DNA from: Neoechinorhynchus agilis
Taxonomy: Eukaryota; Animalia; Acanthocephala
Reading direction: 5' to 3'
DNA: 64,000 nucleotides
Assembly: GCA_051530055.1 (NCBI GenBank)
Contig: CM121341.1
Location: 12,688,784 to 12,752,783, forward strand
Shown: piece by piece, positions 37,288-48,925 of the stretch
Position numbering within the stretch: the stretch's first letter is position 1
Layout: each line of letters opens with the position of its first letter
Translations under genes and position numbers: made by a program
Notes under the pieces: model-generated
Told to the model about the DNA's origin: nothing
The model's database searches: none
Seen by the model: the letters and a program-made list of their open reading frames with translations, nothing else

Positions 37288-40200
37288 ATGAATATTTTGA
37301 GACTGATAAAGCCAGCTCGTGATTTACAAAGGTTGTACCAAAGTCGCTCGGTAGCTCGATTGAATATTGAGCCGGGCAAATTCGGTTCATTGGACGTGGA
37401 TCACACTAACGTTGATGCGGATGATAATGAGCTGTTTGCGTCGGATCAAGCATTTGAACAAGTCCGCAAACGATCTTATGTTCAACCTGAGTCCTATGAA
37501 AAAGCGATAAAGAAGAAACTTAACCTTGGAAAGGTCGATACTTTGTTGAATTGATCAAGAAAATGAAATTCGCCTTTAATTCCACTTTTAGAATAACCAA
37601 GCGCTCGCCACGTTTAATCAGATGATTTGCGTGGACGGCCAATGTCCAACAGAATACACCTATAGGGTTCTTATCAGCAATTTATACGATCCGGTCATCG
37701 CTGGTGGGTACTTGTTAAATGACCTGATCAAATCAGCAAGCTCGGACATGTCCAAATTGCGTTTAGTCTTTTCGCCGACGTAAGTACTCTTCATTTCGCA
37801 AAATAAATTTAAGAAATCACACTTAAAAAAGATGATAGATAGGCTAAGACCCTTTATTCTGCGTTCAATACACCTCAAGATTCTTAGTCTCCTTTATAAA
37901 TCCATTCATCGATGCCCTTCGAAAATGATCGCGACCGCGTACATCAATGATCTCAATGATTTTCTTAGAAGACAAAGACAAATCGGTACATTGAACACGT
38001 TGAACACTTTTGTTTACAACGCCAAACTCGGCTCAATGGCTCATCTGGGATGTGGTCCGGCCGATTGTATAGACGTCGTCTTGAACGAAATGGTTGCGGA
38101 TGGCTGTTGGCCACAAGTTGATACTATGAACAGCGTATTGATTGCATGTTCAAACGAAGCTAAAGGATCCATTGAAGCGTTCAGTCGACTCGCACTAGAG
38201 GTATTTTTTAAAAGCCTACACCCGGGTTAAAATTCTACTACAGTTTTTTAATGTTGATTTGTCTTAGTTGGCCGCCGCGGATTCGTCTACATTTTCTTGA
38301 ATGATGGGAGATCAACACATTATTTGATTAAGTACCAATATGCAGCCTTTTTCCACGGCTGATAATTTTCCTTGGGCGCACAGCCCATCGATCTGGTTCA
38401 GGGAAGCGCATCAAAACTGGCAGAGTTTGTACATTCCGCAGTTGTGTTGAGGTAGTGAAGTGGACTAATGCCCTTGATCACAGTTTAGGGTCAACTAGTT
38501 CGAATCCGTTACCGCCAATGACCTACAACCAAAAAAGGAACGAAATACCCCGTTGAAGGAAGGAAACTCACTGATGAGTCCCGCCTCTTGGAGGCATCTG
38601 AGAATCCGGACGGGGATGTACAAACTCATAATCGTATGATTCAGGGTATTAAGTGATTTTATGCGCTTCCCTAAACCAGATCGGTGGGCTGTGTGCATAT
38701 CTAAAATTATCAGCTGTGGAAAAAGGCTGCACATTGATACTTAATAAAAAGCTACCGGCTGGTCAGTCTTCAAAAACATTATTTAATGCATTGCGTTTCA
38801 TCACAAAACGAACTGGAGAAGTTCCGAAAATCCACAGGATCGTTGGTAAGGTGAAGATCTACGGTTATAGTAGTCATCGTAGTTCGTAGCATGACATTGA
38901 GTGACTTTCACCAGAGCCTCTTTTTGCGCAGCTATGTTCAGGGTTCCTAAGCCTCCATCCGCCATAGTTCTGATAGGCAGTCCCTGCCACTACGGGGAAG
39001 CTTGCGAAAATTAACAGTTTTCGGACAAAATCTGGGAAATTGGTAAAAATCGCGAGATCATCTTAAAAATGGACCTTTGTATTCATTTAGGTGATCATTG
39101 GCATTAGAATTAAACGGCTCACATGTTTAGAATTCGTAGAATTTTAGCTTACGTCTTTACCATCATTCCAAACTAGAATTCTGTGTGCTTCAGTTTCGCC
39201 ACCTCGTTAAACACCAAAGTGGCCACAGTGATCACTATTTTCTTACTTAGATTGAAAAATATTTTCGTTCAAAATAGCTTTCCTTTTAAAAAGACAGGTC
39301 AATTCTTCTTCGAGCAATATCGTATCGTCCCGAATACCCACACGTTCAACATTATTCTTCGTTCCTTGCGTCCCCAGCCAGTCTGGACAATCAATGACCC
39401 AGCCCCTTCCGATGCAATCGTCGCATCAAAAAATCACTCACTGTTCAGTCATTTCCAAATATCCCAAGCTCTATCAATTCTGTGTGATAATCACATTGAT
39501 CCCAACGCTTATCTGTCATTAATGAACTATTCCAATGCTCCACCAAATCTAAAGACGTTTCATCTGCTACTCCAGGTGAGTACGCTCCCCTCATGAATTC
39601 CATCTCCATCTTTATCGCTTAGATCATCCCTGTGGATGACGGTTTTGGCGAAGACAACTTGGAGATCATTGCTCGTAATTCCAATGTACACATTGATGAA
39701 GGTCTGTGATCGTTATTTCGTTTAGACGCTCTCATGGGCTTCTATTTAAATCAGCTTGGTACAACACGAAAATTATTAGAGCAATCAAACGAATTGGCTC
39801 GGTTGAAAATGAAAGGGTTAAAGGAATTCTCGCACAAATGACCGCAAACGGAATTGAGCTCGGTTTTGGTACGGTAAAGGCTTTAGCGAATGGATGCGCG
39901 AACATCGAAGAAGCGAATGAACTCGTGGAAAAAATGACGGTAAGCGTTTTTATCCACCTTTTTTGCAAAAATGGTTTCCACCTATTCACCAAATGTTCCT
40001 AATGGCGTCTTAGAGGCGTCTTCTATGCAGTGTACACGATCTAAGCAGTGCTCATTCGAACTTCCACTTTGATTTCAGATTCTAAACTCTTATTACTGTC
40101 AAGAAAACCCAAAAAATGGGCAAAATCGGAACGCTTTTTGACATTAAGTTTGGCCAATTTCTGTTATTGAAAATTATGAAGGTGACTCTAAAGCAAGATA

Positions 40201-40581
40201 ACTACAATCATTTTTATTACAGGAAATGGGATTTATGGATTGTTCCGTTGAGCAAATTCCGCAAGTATCAGCGATATTTCAAGTGCTCGCACAAAAGGCA
40301 TCTCAATCCCTTGATCAAGATTATTGCACTTTTGTCCTTAGACAGGCTGGGGACCGATTCGTAAATTGGTGGATATTGCACGAATTGAGAGTGTTCATTC
40401 AGAAAATGAGAAATCAAATAGTCGAAATGGTAAGAGGGACAAGTACCTTCCAAGACTCCAATTTAAAAAAAGGAAAATTCTCAACGATATAATACCGATT
40501 TGGCAGAAGAAGGTGCAAAGTTCCATGAGTTGTGGAGATTATTCAGGACGTCCGAGAACACAGTTCGCCAAAGAAAGCTAA
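37288..40581 (+). CDS. PTCD1: Mitochondrial pentatricopeptide-repeat protein, PTCD1-like, multi-exon
   Basis: Basic N-terminus; PPR-like segments ALATFNQM...YTYRVLI, LGHVQIAFSLF, DTMNSVLIAC, PNTHTFNIIL, PNLKTFHLLL, KALANGC in PTCD1 order. Confidence 0.7.
38570..38715 (+). repeat. Family R copy in a PTCD1 intron
   Basis: aaactcactgatgagtcccgcctc...atctgagaatccggacggggatgtac. Confidence 0.8.
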
Positions 40582-40725
40582 AATTTGAATAAAAATACAA
40601 TTGAACGTAGAAAATGTATTAATCTGATTTGACGAGTTACGACGCTCGTGGTCAGAAGGAATCACTTTTCGTCTATTTATTTAATTAGTACTGTGAGGGA
40701 ATACACATTTGGCAAGCAGTTTTTA

Positions 40726-43605
40726 TCAATGCCACCCGTAGATGAGAGATAAAAAGTCGTTCAAACCAATGTCCGGATTTTGTTGGACATGGTTATACAT
40801 GAGGATAGTGGCAGCTGCGCCGAGTCCGAGCGTCACTGCAAAGACCGCAAGTCTCCTTATGAACTCGAATTTCGGTTTGTAATTGTATCCACCTTGAATT
40901 CCATCGATGTCCATCAACTGCTCATCGTAGCGTTCAAGTGAAGACCTTTTAAAGCCAGTCAGATGTTTTTCTAAAAGTCGTAAATTACCGTCTCAAATTC
41001 CATTTTTGTTCCAGTTCACAAAGTTCGTCGGGTGGGTATGCGTCGAAAAGAGCACACGAATCCGCTATGACATCTTCAAACTCATTTTGAGTGAGTGTAC
41101 TTGGTAGCTTGGTTAAAAGGCGATGAAGACATGGCATGTCTATTGTTTCGTCCATTATTTGAGTGCTTTGAAAGCAAACAACCTGAATAAATTTTATGTT
41201 AAGAAAAATCAAATCAAAGAGACTTAACTGAAGCCGATACGTATAGAGGCATGAGTTTGTGAGAGCTAATAAAGAGATCATAAAGTCTCGCAAGGATGTC
41301 TATGTCATCAATTACGTGTCCGAACCAAGTTATGAGCCAGCTCAGAGCGAATATTACGCCAACGCCGGACCTAAAATTAAACTCATGGATGAACTTATGA
41401 TACTAAAGTGTCGTTTAATCACGTTGCTTGGGTATAAAAATTTTGTCTGTGACAAAAACCCCGACCAACATTCAACTGCCCAATCTTCTCGGATATCATA
41501 ACTTGAAATGAACCTAAGGAAAGACCAACCTTACAAGCGCTCCTGCAAACATTAACCAACCCAACCGGATATTCCCGCCAGAACGGACTCGTAATCCACT
41601 CCAAAATCAATAGCCACATTCATTAAACCCAAATGTACATGGGTCCTCTTCCATGTGCATTAACAAATAAAACGTGTTATTATTATGTCTGGTTAGCCGG
41701 TTACATTTTTCTCTAAGTGTCCTAGTGAACATTCCTTACACGGCGGATTATTTTCCTCCCGAGGAGGCGGGGCTCATCCGTGAGTTTTCTCCTCCTCCCT
41801 TCAACAAGATATTTCGTCTCCTTTGGTTATGAGTCATCGGTGATCGAAGTGGATTTTAAACCCTTGGACGTCGAAAAAAGAAGGATTGGATGCTCACGTC
41901 CACTAGACCACTTCGACACAACTACAGAATGCACAACAAACTCAGCCAGTTTTATACATAGGGATAAATGTAGAATTCTCTTGTCTTCTGGCTAGCCGGT
42001 TATATTATTTAAGTATTCTAGAAAATCCCTTTCTCTGCTTATTTTCCTATCTGGCACGCTGCCCAACGATGCGGGCAAGTGAAGGGCATGAAATCACTTC
42101 AACTCTAAAACCATACGCGGTAAAGAGTTTTTGTACTTCCCTCCAGATCCTCAGATATCTCTTGAGGAGGCAGGACTCATCAGTGAGCTTCTTGCTTTCA
42201 GCGGTTGGAAACAAACGTATGAGCTGCGCCGTCGACTCAGCTGCCCTGCAAAGGCCAGCCAAGAAAAGTATAAAAACTCGTAACGTTAGAATCAAAATTT
42301 CAATCGCAGTGTAGTTGATTGATATTCGGAGGATGTACGAAACTCATAACCGTATGGTTCAAGGGCTTAGGTAATTAAATCAATTACTTAGATCGGTTGG
42401 CTGTGTGCCGAAGCAATAGAACTATAAGCCGTGTAAGTGATGTTCACTTTAATACTTATTTTTTCCTTGTTTAAGAAAGTTAAGCGGTTGAAACAAATGT
42501 TTATTTTGGACCAATATTTCGGAATTTTATTCCTTCTTCTGGGTCCTGAAAAATACACGCGATTGTTGCTTCGATTGCTTAAATGAATACAATCGAAAAG
42601 ATAATATGCGATTGAGAAGTCAGTAAACAATCCACCAACTGTTCAACACTTAAAGAAAAAATCACGTTATTTTTTTGGGTTTTCGTAACATTATGGCGCC
42701 TAAAGGTATGAAAAACTTGCTTAGAATGAAATGATCCAGAGTGCGGGGAAACGGGCTTACATGATCCGTTTAGAAATGCGTATTCGACGGCGCGATCGAT
42801 GTAGAGCAATATGCCAATTAAATTCACGCGTACTCACCTATAGATACGAGCGGCAAGATCCTGATTTACAGCATCGATAAGTGGAATAATGTTTTCAAGA
42901 GTTTGAATAGTTTTCTCCATTGTCGGTTCCATGTAATCACTAAAGTCTATCGGACTTCTTTTGTCAAACTAAGCGTTAAGAGAAAAAGACTCACCGTAAA
43001 TGTGATTGGGTGACTTCATTAAGCATTTTTTGTACTTGAAACCTTTTCAATAATTCTGGACTACAACACGAGTGTTCTCTGACCAATTGAAGAGTGAGGC
43101 AAACGTCGTGATAACCCTCAGATATAGATTTAGTTCGTGCATTGAGAAAAAAGAAGAATACCTGATAGTAGTGCAGGTTTGGGTTTTTTACAAGTACGGC
43201 ACAAACAAAATGAACAAGTTCTAAGACTATTTTGTCACGCTCGTTTTGCGCGTAATCTTTAACAATATAGAATAAGCGAGTTTTAAGCATAAAAACAACG
43301 AATTACGTTTTGAAAATCTTGAAAAAGTTCGTATCGCGTCCAATTCAACCTGGTTGCGTGCCTCGCACTCCATCTCTTCCGACGAATACACTTCATCGTC
43401 CTCATTGGATGGAATGATTATCATCGGCCAAACTTTAACCCGAATTTTATGATTTGTGTCAGCAGATATCAGTAAAGACCGTTTTTGAAATCTGCCGTCG
43501 TAAAAGTCCTCGTCTGAGCCGACAATGTTGTCTGAGGGCGCAAATATCTCCCTGTGCAATCGCACTCTCTACGGACTGTTGAACGTCGTCATTAAGATCG
43601 TTCAT
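40726..43605 (-). CDS. TBC1D20: TBC1D20-family Rab GAP with C-terminal membrane anchor, multi-exon
   Basis: IRVKVWP, QVELDAIRT, NPNLHYYQ|GYHDV, HLRDYMEPTM, LFDAYPPDEL, C-terminal LAVFAVTLGLGAAA. Confidence 0.88.
41490..42430. repeat. Family P fragment (41490-41690) plus three family R copies filling a TBC1D20 intron
   Basis: Sequence similarity to other copies; R copies - 41690-41790, - 41985-42200, + 42320-42430. Confidence 0.8.
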
Positions 43606-44569
43606 TCTTCAAATGTCATCTACGAAAATAACGCTGAACTTTGACATCGTGGTCCATTTTTAAATTAAAAAAAGGACCATGCCAATGTAAGCGAAAGACG
43701 TGTCAGCAGCGAAAAGAGAGACAAACGGCAATATATGCAGAGGAAGATGTGGAGGTGCGCCGCTGCAGTGTGAGACGAATGAGTCTGTGATTGAACGTTG
43801 TATGCTACTTTAAAAATCTTTCTCATAAATTGAACTCTTCTAGTAGGGAAATAATTGAAGAATCTTCATTGCTAGACAACTTTGTGTGTGGGCGCTCGCA
43901 TTAATCTCCGGATAAAGCCATTTCAATTTTTTTAATGGGATAAAAAAAGAGTATTAAAGATCAATGAACTGGTAAACGTTTTCTGGAGATTAAAGTACCG
44001 GAAAAATCAGCAAATGCCTAATCTCGCCAAAACGGAAAATCCGCGAGTCGTACTAACCATCCACGTAAATACAAGGAGGTTTTGGCACTATCTTTGTCGT
44101 AAACAGTAACAAATTCGCAAAAACACGGAAATGGACTTAAAAACCGATCGAATTTCGCTTCGTGCCTAATGCGAATTAAACTAATTAAGAGATGGACAAA
44201 TGAAGTTTTTCTTCTGTGATTCCGATACACTTCTGTTTTCATCATAGAATCAGCGATTGCTGGATCCTCGCAGCAATGGAAGATAAAGATGTTCCTAAGT
44301 AACCATTGGCGGAACTTTGAGCGTCCAAATTTGTAAATTTAATACAAATAATCGACGATCAATTATGCGATGCTTTTCAATATCAAAATCAATTCTTATT
44401 TAGTTAAAGTGGTAACATCACTTCTCTGATGTAGAAAACAAAGTTCCTCCGACCGCCGAAATTGCTAATGCACATCAATAGTAATATATTTAAAGAACAC
44501 AATGTCATTTCGTTAGTGCATAAATTTAATATTTTATTTTTCTCAGTTTTGCCACCCCTGGGAATTTAA

Positions 44570-45669
44570 GAGATCCGCATCGAAGAACATCATAGAGGTT
44601 TTATGTCAGGGCGGAGCACAACAGAAGCGATCTTTCTAATCAGACAATTGTACGAGAGGTACAATGAAAAACAGAAGCCGCTATACAGTGCATTCGTGGA
44701 CCTCGAGAAAGCCTATGATACAGTGCTGAGAGACCTAATATGGACGTGCCTCAGAAAGAACTGTCCCGAGGAATACATAAGAGCAATCCAGATCATGTAC
44801 GAAGGATCCTGCACTTGTGTCAGATGCAGTGTGGTAGAGACAAACTATTTTGAGGTTATAGTTGGATTGCATCAGGGATCAGCCCTCAGCCCGTTCCTAT
44901 TCGTCATGATCATGGATGTCTTGGGTTCTAAGCAAATCGCTCGAAAGCCTCCATGGACACTATTGTTTGCTGATGACTTAATTGTGACAGCTGAAATCCG
45001 TGAAGAGGCTCAGCGAAGTCCTGAAGGGTGGCGATAGGCATTGGACGCCAACGGTCTTAATGTAAACAGGTTGAAGACGATACGCATGGGTCCGGAAGCT
45101 CGAAAGTTAGGAAGTGCGGATTTGACGATGAGAAGAACAGTGAAATATCTAGGCAGCGAGGTAAATATGACAAATTCCCTCGAACCCGAAATAACTGCTC
45201 ATATACAAAGCGGGTGGCTCAACTGGAGGAAGATGTCAAGTGTACTATGCGGCAAAAGGATCTCATCGAAACTGAAATGGCGGGTGTTCGAGACCGTGGT
45301 GCGACCAACCATGTTATGTGGAGCAGAAACTAGGACGACCAAGCAAAACGACCTCAGAATATTAGAAACGAAGGAGATGAGGATGCTGAGATGGACAGCA
45401 GGTTACACTCTCAAGGATAAAAAGGAAATGTTGACATCAGGGAGCTGTTCGGCACTTGCCGCTGTTCAGAGTTGATCGTTCAAAGAAGATTGCGCTGGCA
45501 CGATGAAGTTTCGAAGTGCGAAGCATATCACATACTGTGTAGCACGGAGAAACTGGAAATAACGGGAAATCGCCACGAGAAAGTCCGAAGAAACAATGGG
45601 TGGGTTGCATCAAATAGGATAAATTGGTTGTCGAGGTTGCGAGAGAGAAAAATACGTGTGTGAGAAGAA
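44570..45669 (+). mobile_element. 5'-truncated RTE-clade LINE
   Basis: GRSTTEAIFLIRQL, AFVDLEKAYD, GLHQGSALSPFLF, LLFADD, KYLGS, LRWTAG; agaagaag tail; imperfect TSD gccacccc(t)gggaatt(t)aa at 44551-44569 and 45670-45686. Confidence 0.92.
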
Positions 45670-45689
45670 GCCACCCCGGGAATTAAAAT

Positions 45690-46385
45690 TCAACGATGAT
45701 TTATTTCCCCGATATTCACCTCTCGGATAATTCCGACATTTCCACAATGTTTGTCATTGTTTCACAAGTGAGTTTGTCGCTTAAACGTTGAATTTAAATC
45801 CGGGATGGCAAAACTACTAAAAGTCTCCTTCCCTCGAAGACAATCCTAGACATCTAAATTTTCTTTTAGTAGTTTTGCAACCCCCCTGATTTAGATACAC
45901 TAATTTATTTCCGATATTTCGTCGGATAATTCCGACATTATCAAGGTTTGTCATTGCCTATAAATTTTTAAATTAGTGAATTTGAATCCGGGATGGCAAA
46001 ATTACTAAAAGTCTCCTTCCCTCGAAGACATAATCCTAGACATCTAAATTTTCTTTTAGTAGTTTTGCAACCCGCCCTGATTTAGATACACTAATTTATT
46101 TCCGATATTTCGTCAGATAATTCCGACATTATCAAGGTTTGTCATTGCTTATAAATTTTTAAATTAGTGAATTTGAATCCGGGATGGCAAAACTACCAAA
46201 AGAAAGTCTCTTTCCATCAAAGACTAAATCTTCTTTTAGGCCCCTCCGGATTTTAGTTCACGAATTTATTTCCCCGACATTTCGTATGGGAAATAAATTA
46301 GCCAATCTAAATCTGGGGGGTAGCAAAACTACCAAAAGAAGGTCTCTTTCCCCGAAGACAATAATCCAAGACCTCTAAATTTAAT
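45690..46385. repeat. Tandem array of family S, period about 190 bp, 3-4 units
   Basis: gaattt(a/g)aatccgggatggcaaa at 45790, 45978 and 46169; internal inverted repeat gcaaaactactaaaag/cttttagtagttttgc. Confidence 0.92.
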
Positions 46386-46839
46386 ACGTTGATCGATATT
46401 GAAAAGCAAAATATTACTGACATGACTTTCAAATTCGAAGTAAATGGAGAGTCACATACCTGAACAGCCTCATTCCTTAAAAGATCTTTTTGAATTCGGA
46501 AACCCTTTATGTCAATGATATACCATTTTTTAAGATAAATGATTCTTTCGATCTCGATTGATAACGACGAAGGAAAAAAAGGAACAAAGTCTGACGTCAA
46601 AAAACCATTACAAACGTAACAGTTTTAAATTTATTGTTCTTCCCGATTTGTAACTCAAGATTCTTACGTCATAGACCACTTCAATCCTTTCAAATCTAGA
46701 GAATTTCTATCTATTATTTTATTGAATCTTGGACACTTAGTCCAATAAACTACGCTTTATCATTACCACTGAAAAATAAATTAGCTTGTTGATATTCCGA
46801 GACGAAGATATAAACATAATCACTCGCCGTCCTCGTCTT

Positions 46840-47030
46840 CAATTGTCGCCCGAATGCTTGCAGTGTTGCCTCTCAACACGGCGACTTGCATCGCCGGTTA
46901 TAACCTGAAGGCGTCGCTTCAGATCCCTCAAGAGTTGAAGAGCCTCGCTACCAAGAGATCCGTAGGTCTCAATCCCAAAAGGCACAAACACATGGGTTAA
47001 ATCGAGGTATTTTGCCGTTTTCCGCCCCCC
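46840..47030 (-). mobile_element. CRE 3' fragment with internal deletion
   Basis: FVPFGIETYGSLGSEALQLLRDLKRRLQVITGD. Confidence 0.8.
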
Positions 47031-47143
47031 TCCGCAGCGCTCGCTGCACCTCCAGCTTTTGATTTTTTTCCAAATATTCCGATTCACTAGTCTTATTTTA
47101 ACAAACAGTGAAACGCGGAAAATTCTGGTCCGGCGAAACAATT

Positions 47144-47177
47144 ATGAAGACGTCCCATGCATAGAGGACGAAATATT
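47144..47177 (+). ncRNA. Decayed hammerhead
   Basis: aTGAAGA-c-GTCC(catgcataga)GGAC-GAAA-TATT; C3 mutated and stem I poor. Confidence 0.45.
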
Positions 47178-48524
47178 AAAACTAAATTATTTTTCTTTAC
47201 TTTGCCTTGATCGGAAATGACCGCCAAGTGGACACCAAGTGTTGAACATCCGTTCGACCACTTCGGATAATTTCGTCAAGAGACTTGGGCTGGCCTCTTT
47301 TCAATGTTTTGAGATACAACTGGATATTTAGTTTTTGCTCTAAATAACTTATATTGAGAAAAATGGATGATATTGACAGCTTAGTTGTTAATAAACCGAG
47401 TTATCCGAAGATACAAAGGACGTTATTCTGGAGAATAATCCCTTTTTCCGCAATATCGAGCATTCTTCATCAATCGCATACTTTAGTTGTAGTTGTTCCT
47501 TCATTTTATAACTTTCATTTAAAATCGAATTTATCTACAAATTTTCGTTTAAAAGAATCATTAATTCTGAATTTCGGGATGCAATAGATTTTAGTAAAAA
47601 ATCATTTTAGATGATTTGATCTTGATTAAATAATTCCTATTGCGCTTCTTTTTTATTCCAAACAAATAAAAGGAAAACGTGGTTACCTCAAAGCCTTAAA
47701 TTGAAGTTCCTCGGCTTTCACAATCTTACATGTTCATTGAATGCTGTAAAATTGAACAGATTGAGATATTTATGCTAAGCCAAAACAGCACCAATAAAGC
47801 AACATAAAACCCGCTGGTCCCCCACGACATGAGAAGAAAACATCCTTTCATTGTATTCTTAGCAATTTTAACGGCCAATTTATGGTTGATCGAAATGCTG
47901 TTCCTTAATGCGATCGGGACTTTCTTCGATTTCTTAAAAACTTCCATTTCATTCGTTTGAACAATACTATGTTCCGTTTACCTTTTTATAAATAAACCCC
48001 GCATACGTTCTAGCGGGTTACAATCGTAGAAGAACCGAAATTCTACTGCTCAAATTTATAATGGTGAAATGTCTTGAGATGCCGCAAAAGATCTCCATCG
48101 ATCTTCATCTTGACTGTGATTTCCAATGATGTTTTCGCCTATCCTTGTGGAGAGGGATCCCTCTGTTCGTTAGACATTGTTTAGGAAATAAAGATGACAT
48201 TTTCGAACATTCATCGAGATAAAATGCTAAATTCAAAAGTATACCATGCTGAGGAACTTACAAGCGCACTACTTTTCACGAAAGCTCAGAAAATTATAAA
48301 CGAAGAAAAGACAAAATAATGAATATACACAAACTTTATTGTGCGTCTAAAACGATTGTTGCGCCTGAACTTTATTGGGATCAACTAAAACGTAAAAAAT
48401 GGAGATTAATTTATTTATTTTGTTTCACACAATATTTCGTCCGTCAAGTCGGAAATTTTGAGTTTTCTCTATTTCTCATCGCCAAACAAAAATATAAATC
48501 CATGAAGAACCTTAACTGTCATTT

Positions 48525-48890
48525 ATGCGACGTAGTTTTGGCTTCGTTAATTCCTTTGCAGGATACGCGGACGATATCAGCCTCATCGCTCAATCACCAC
48601 CCCACCTCTCCCTTTCCTTAACCTCTAACGAAATCACACACATAAAAGATTTATGCGCCACTCACAAACTCCATCTCAATTTCCCTAAATGCATCGAAAT
48701 GATCCCTCTCTCCCGCAATCCAACATCCTCCCCCGAGCTAGTCACCTTCTTAAAAATTCTGGGTATCCAATTTAAGTCAAATTTGAAGTGGGACTCACAC
48801 ATCACTTTCTCCCTCAAGCGCAGGCACCTTCTGTGTAGCGGATCAACTTTTTTAAATGTGCTCAAAAATCAATCATTTTCTTTCTAATAC
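48525..48890 (+). mobile_element. CR1/L2-like RT C-terminal fragment
   Basis: YADDISL, LNFPKC, LKILGIQFKSNLKWDSHI. Confidence 0.85.
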
Positions 48891-48925
48891 TTTTACTATA
48901 TACACACACTTTTTAATTCTATTGC

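Noticed and set aside
38495-38515. gttcgaatcc tRNA T-loop-like motif
   Set aside because: Flanks do not form a T stem or cloverleaf; no tRNA, rRNA or snRNA recognised in the window
38570-38630. Family R contains CTGATGAGTCC...GGAC, like a classic hammerhead
   Set aside because: GGAC is followed by GGGG or GGAA, not GAAA; no NUH or stem I partner; the motif is explained by codons (T-D-E-S)
45690-46385. Repeat-spacer (CRISPR-like) reading of the tandem arrays, including 11720-12330 and 28513-28823
   Set aside because: Whole units are repeated with no unique spacers; eukaryotic context; no cas genes
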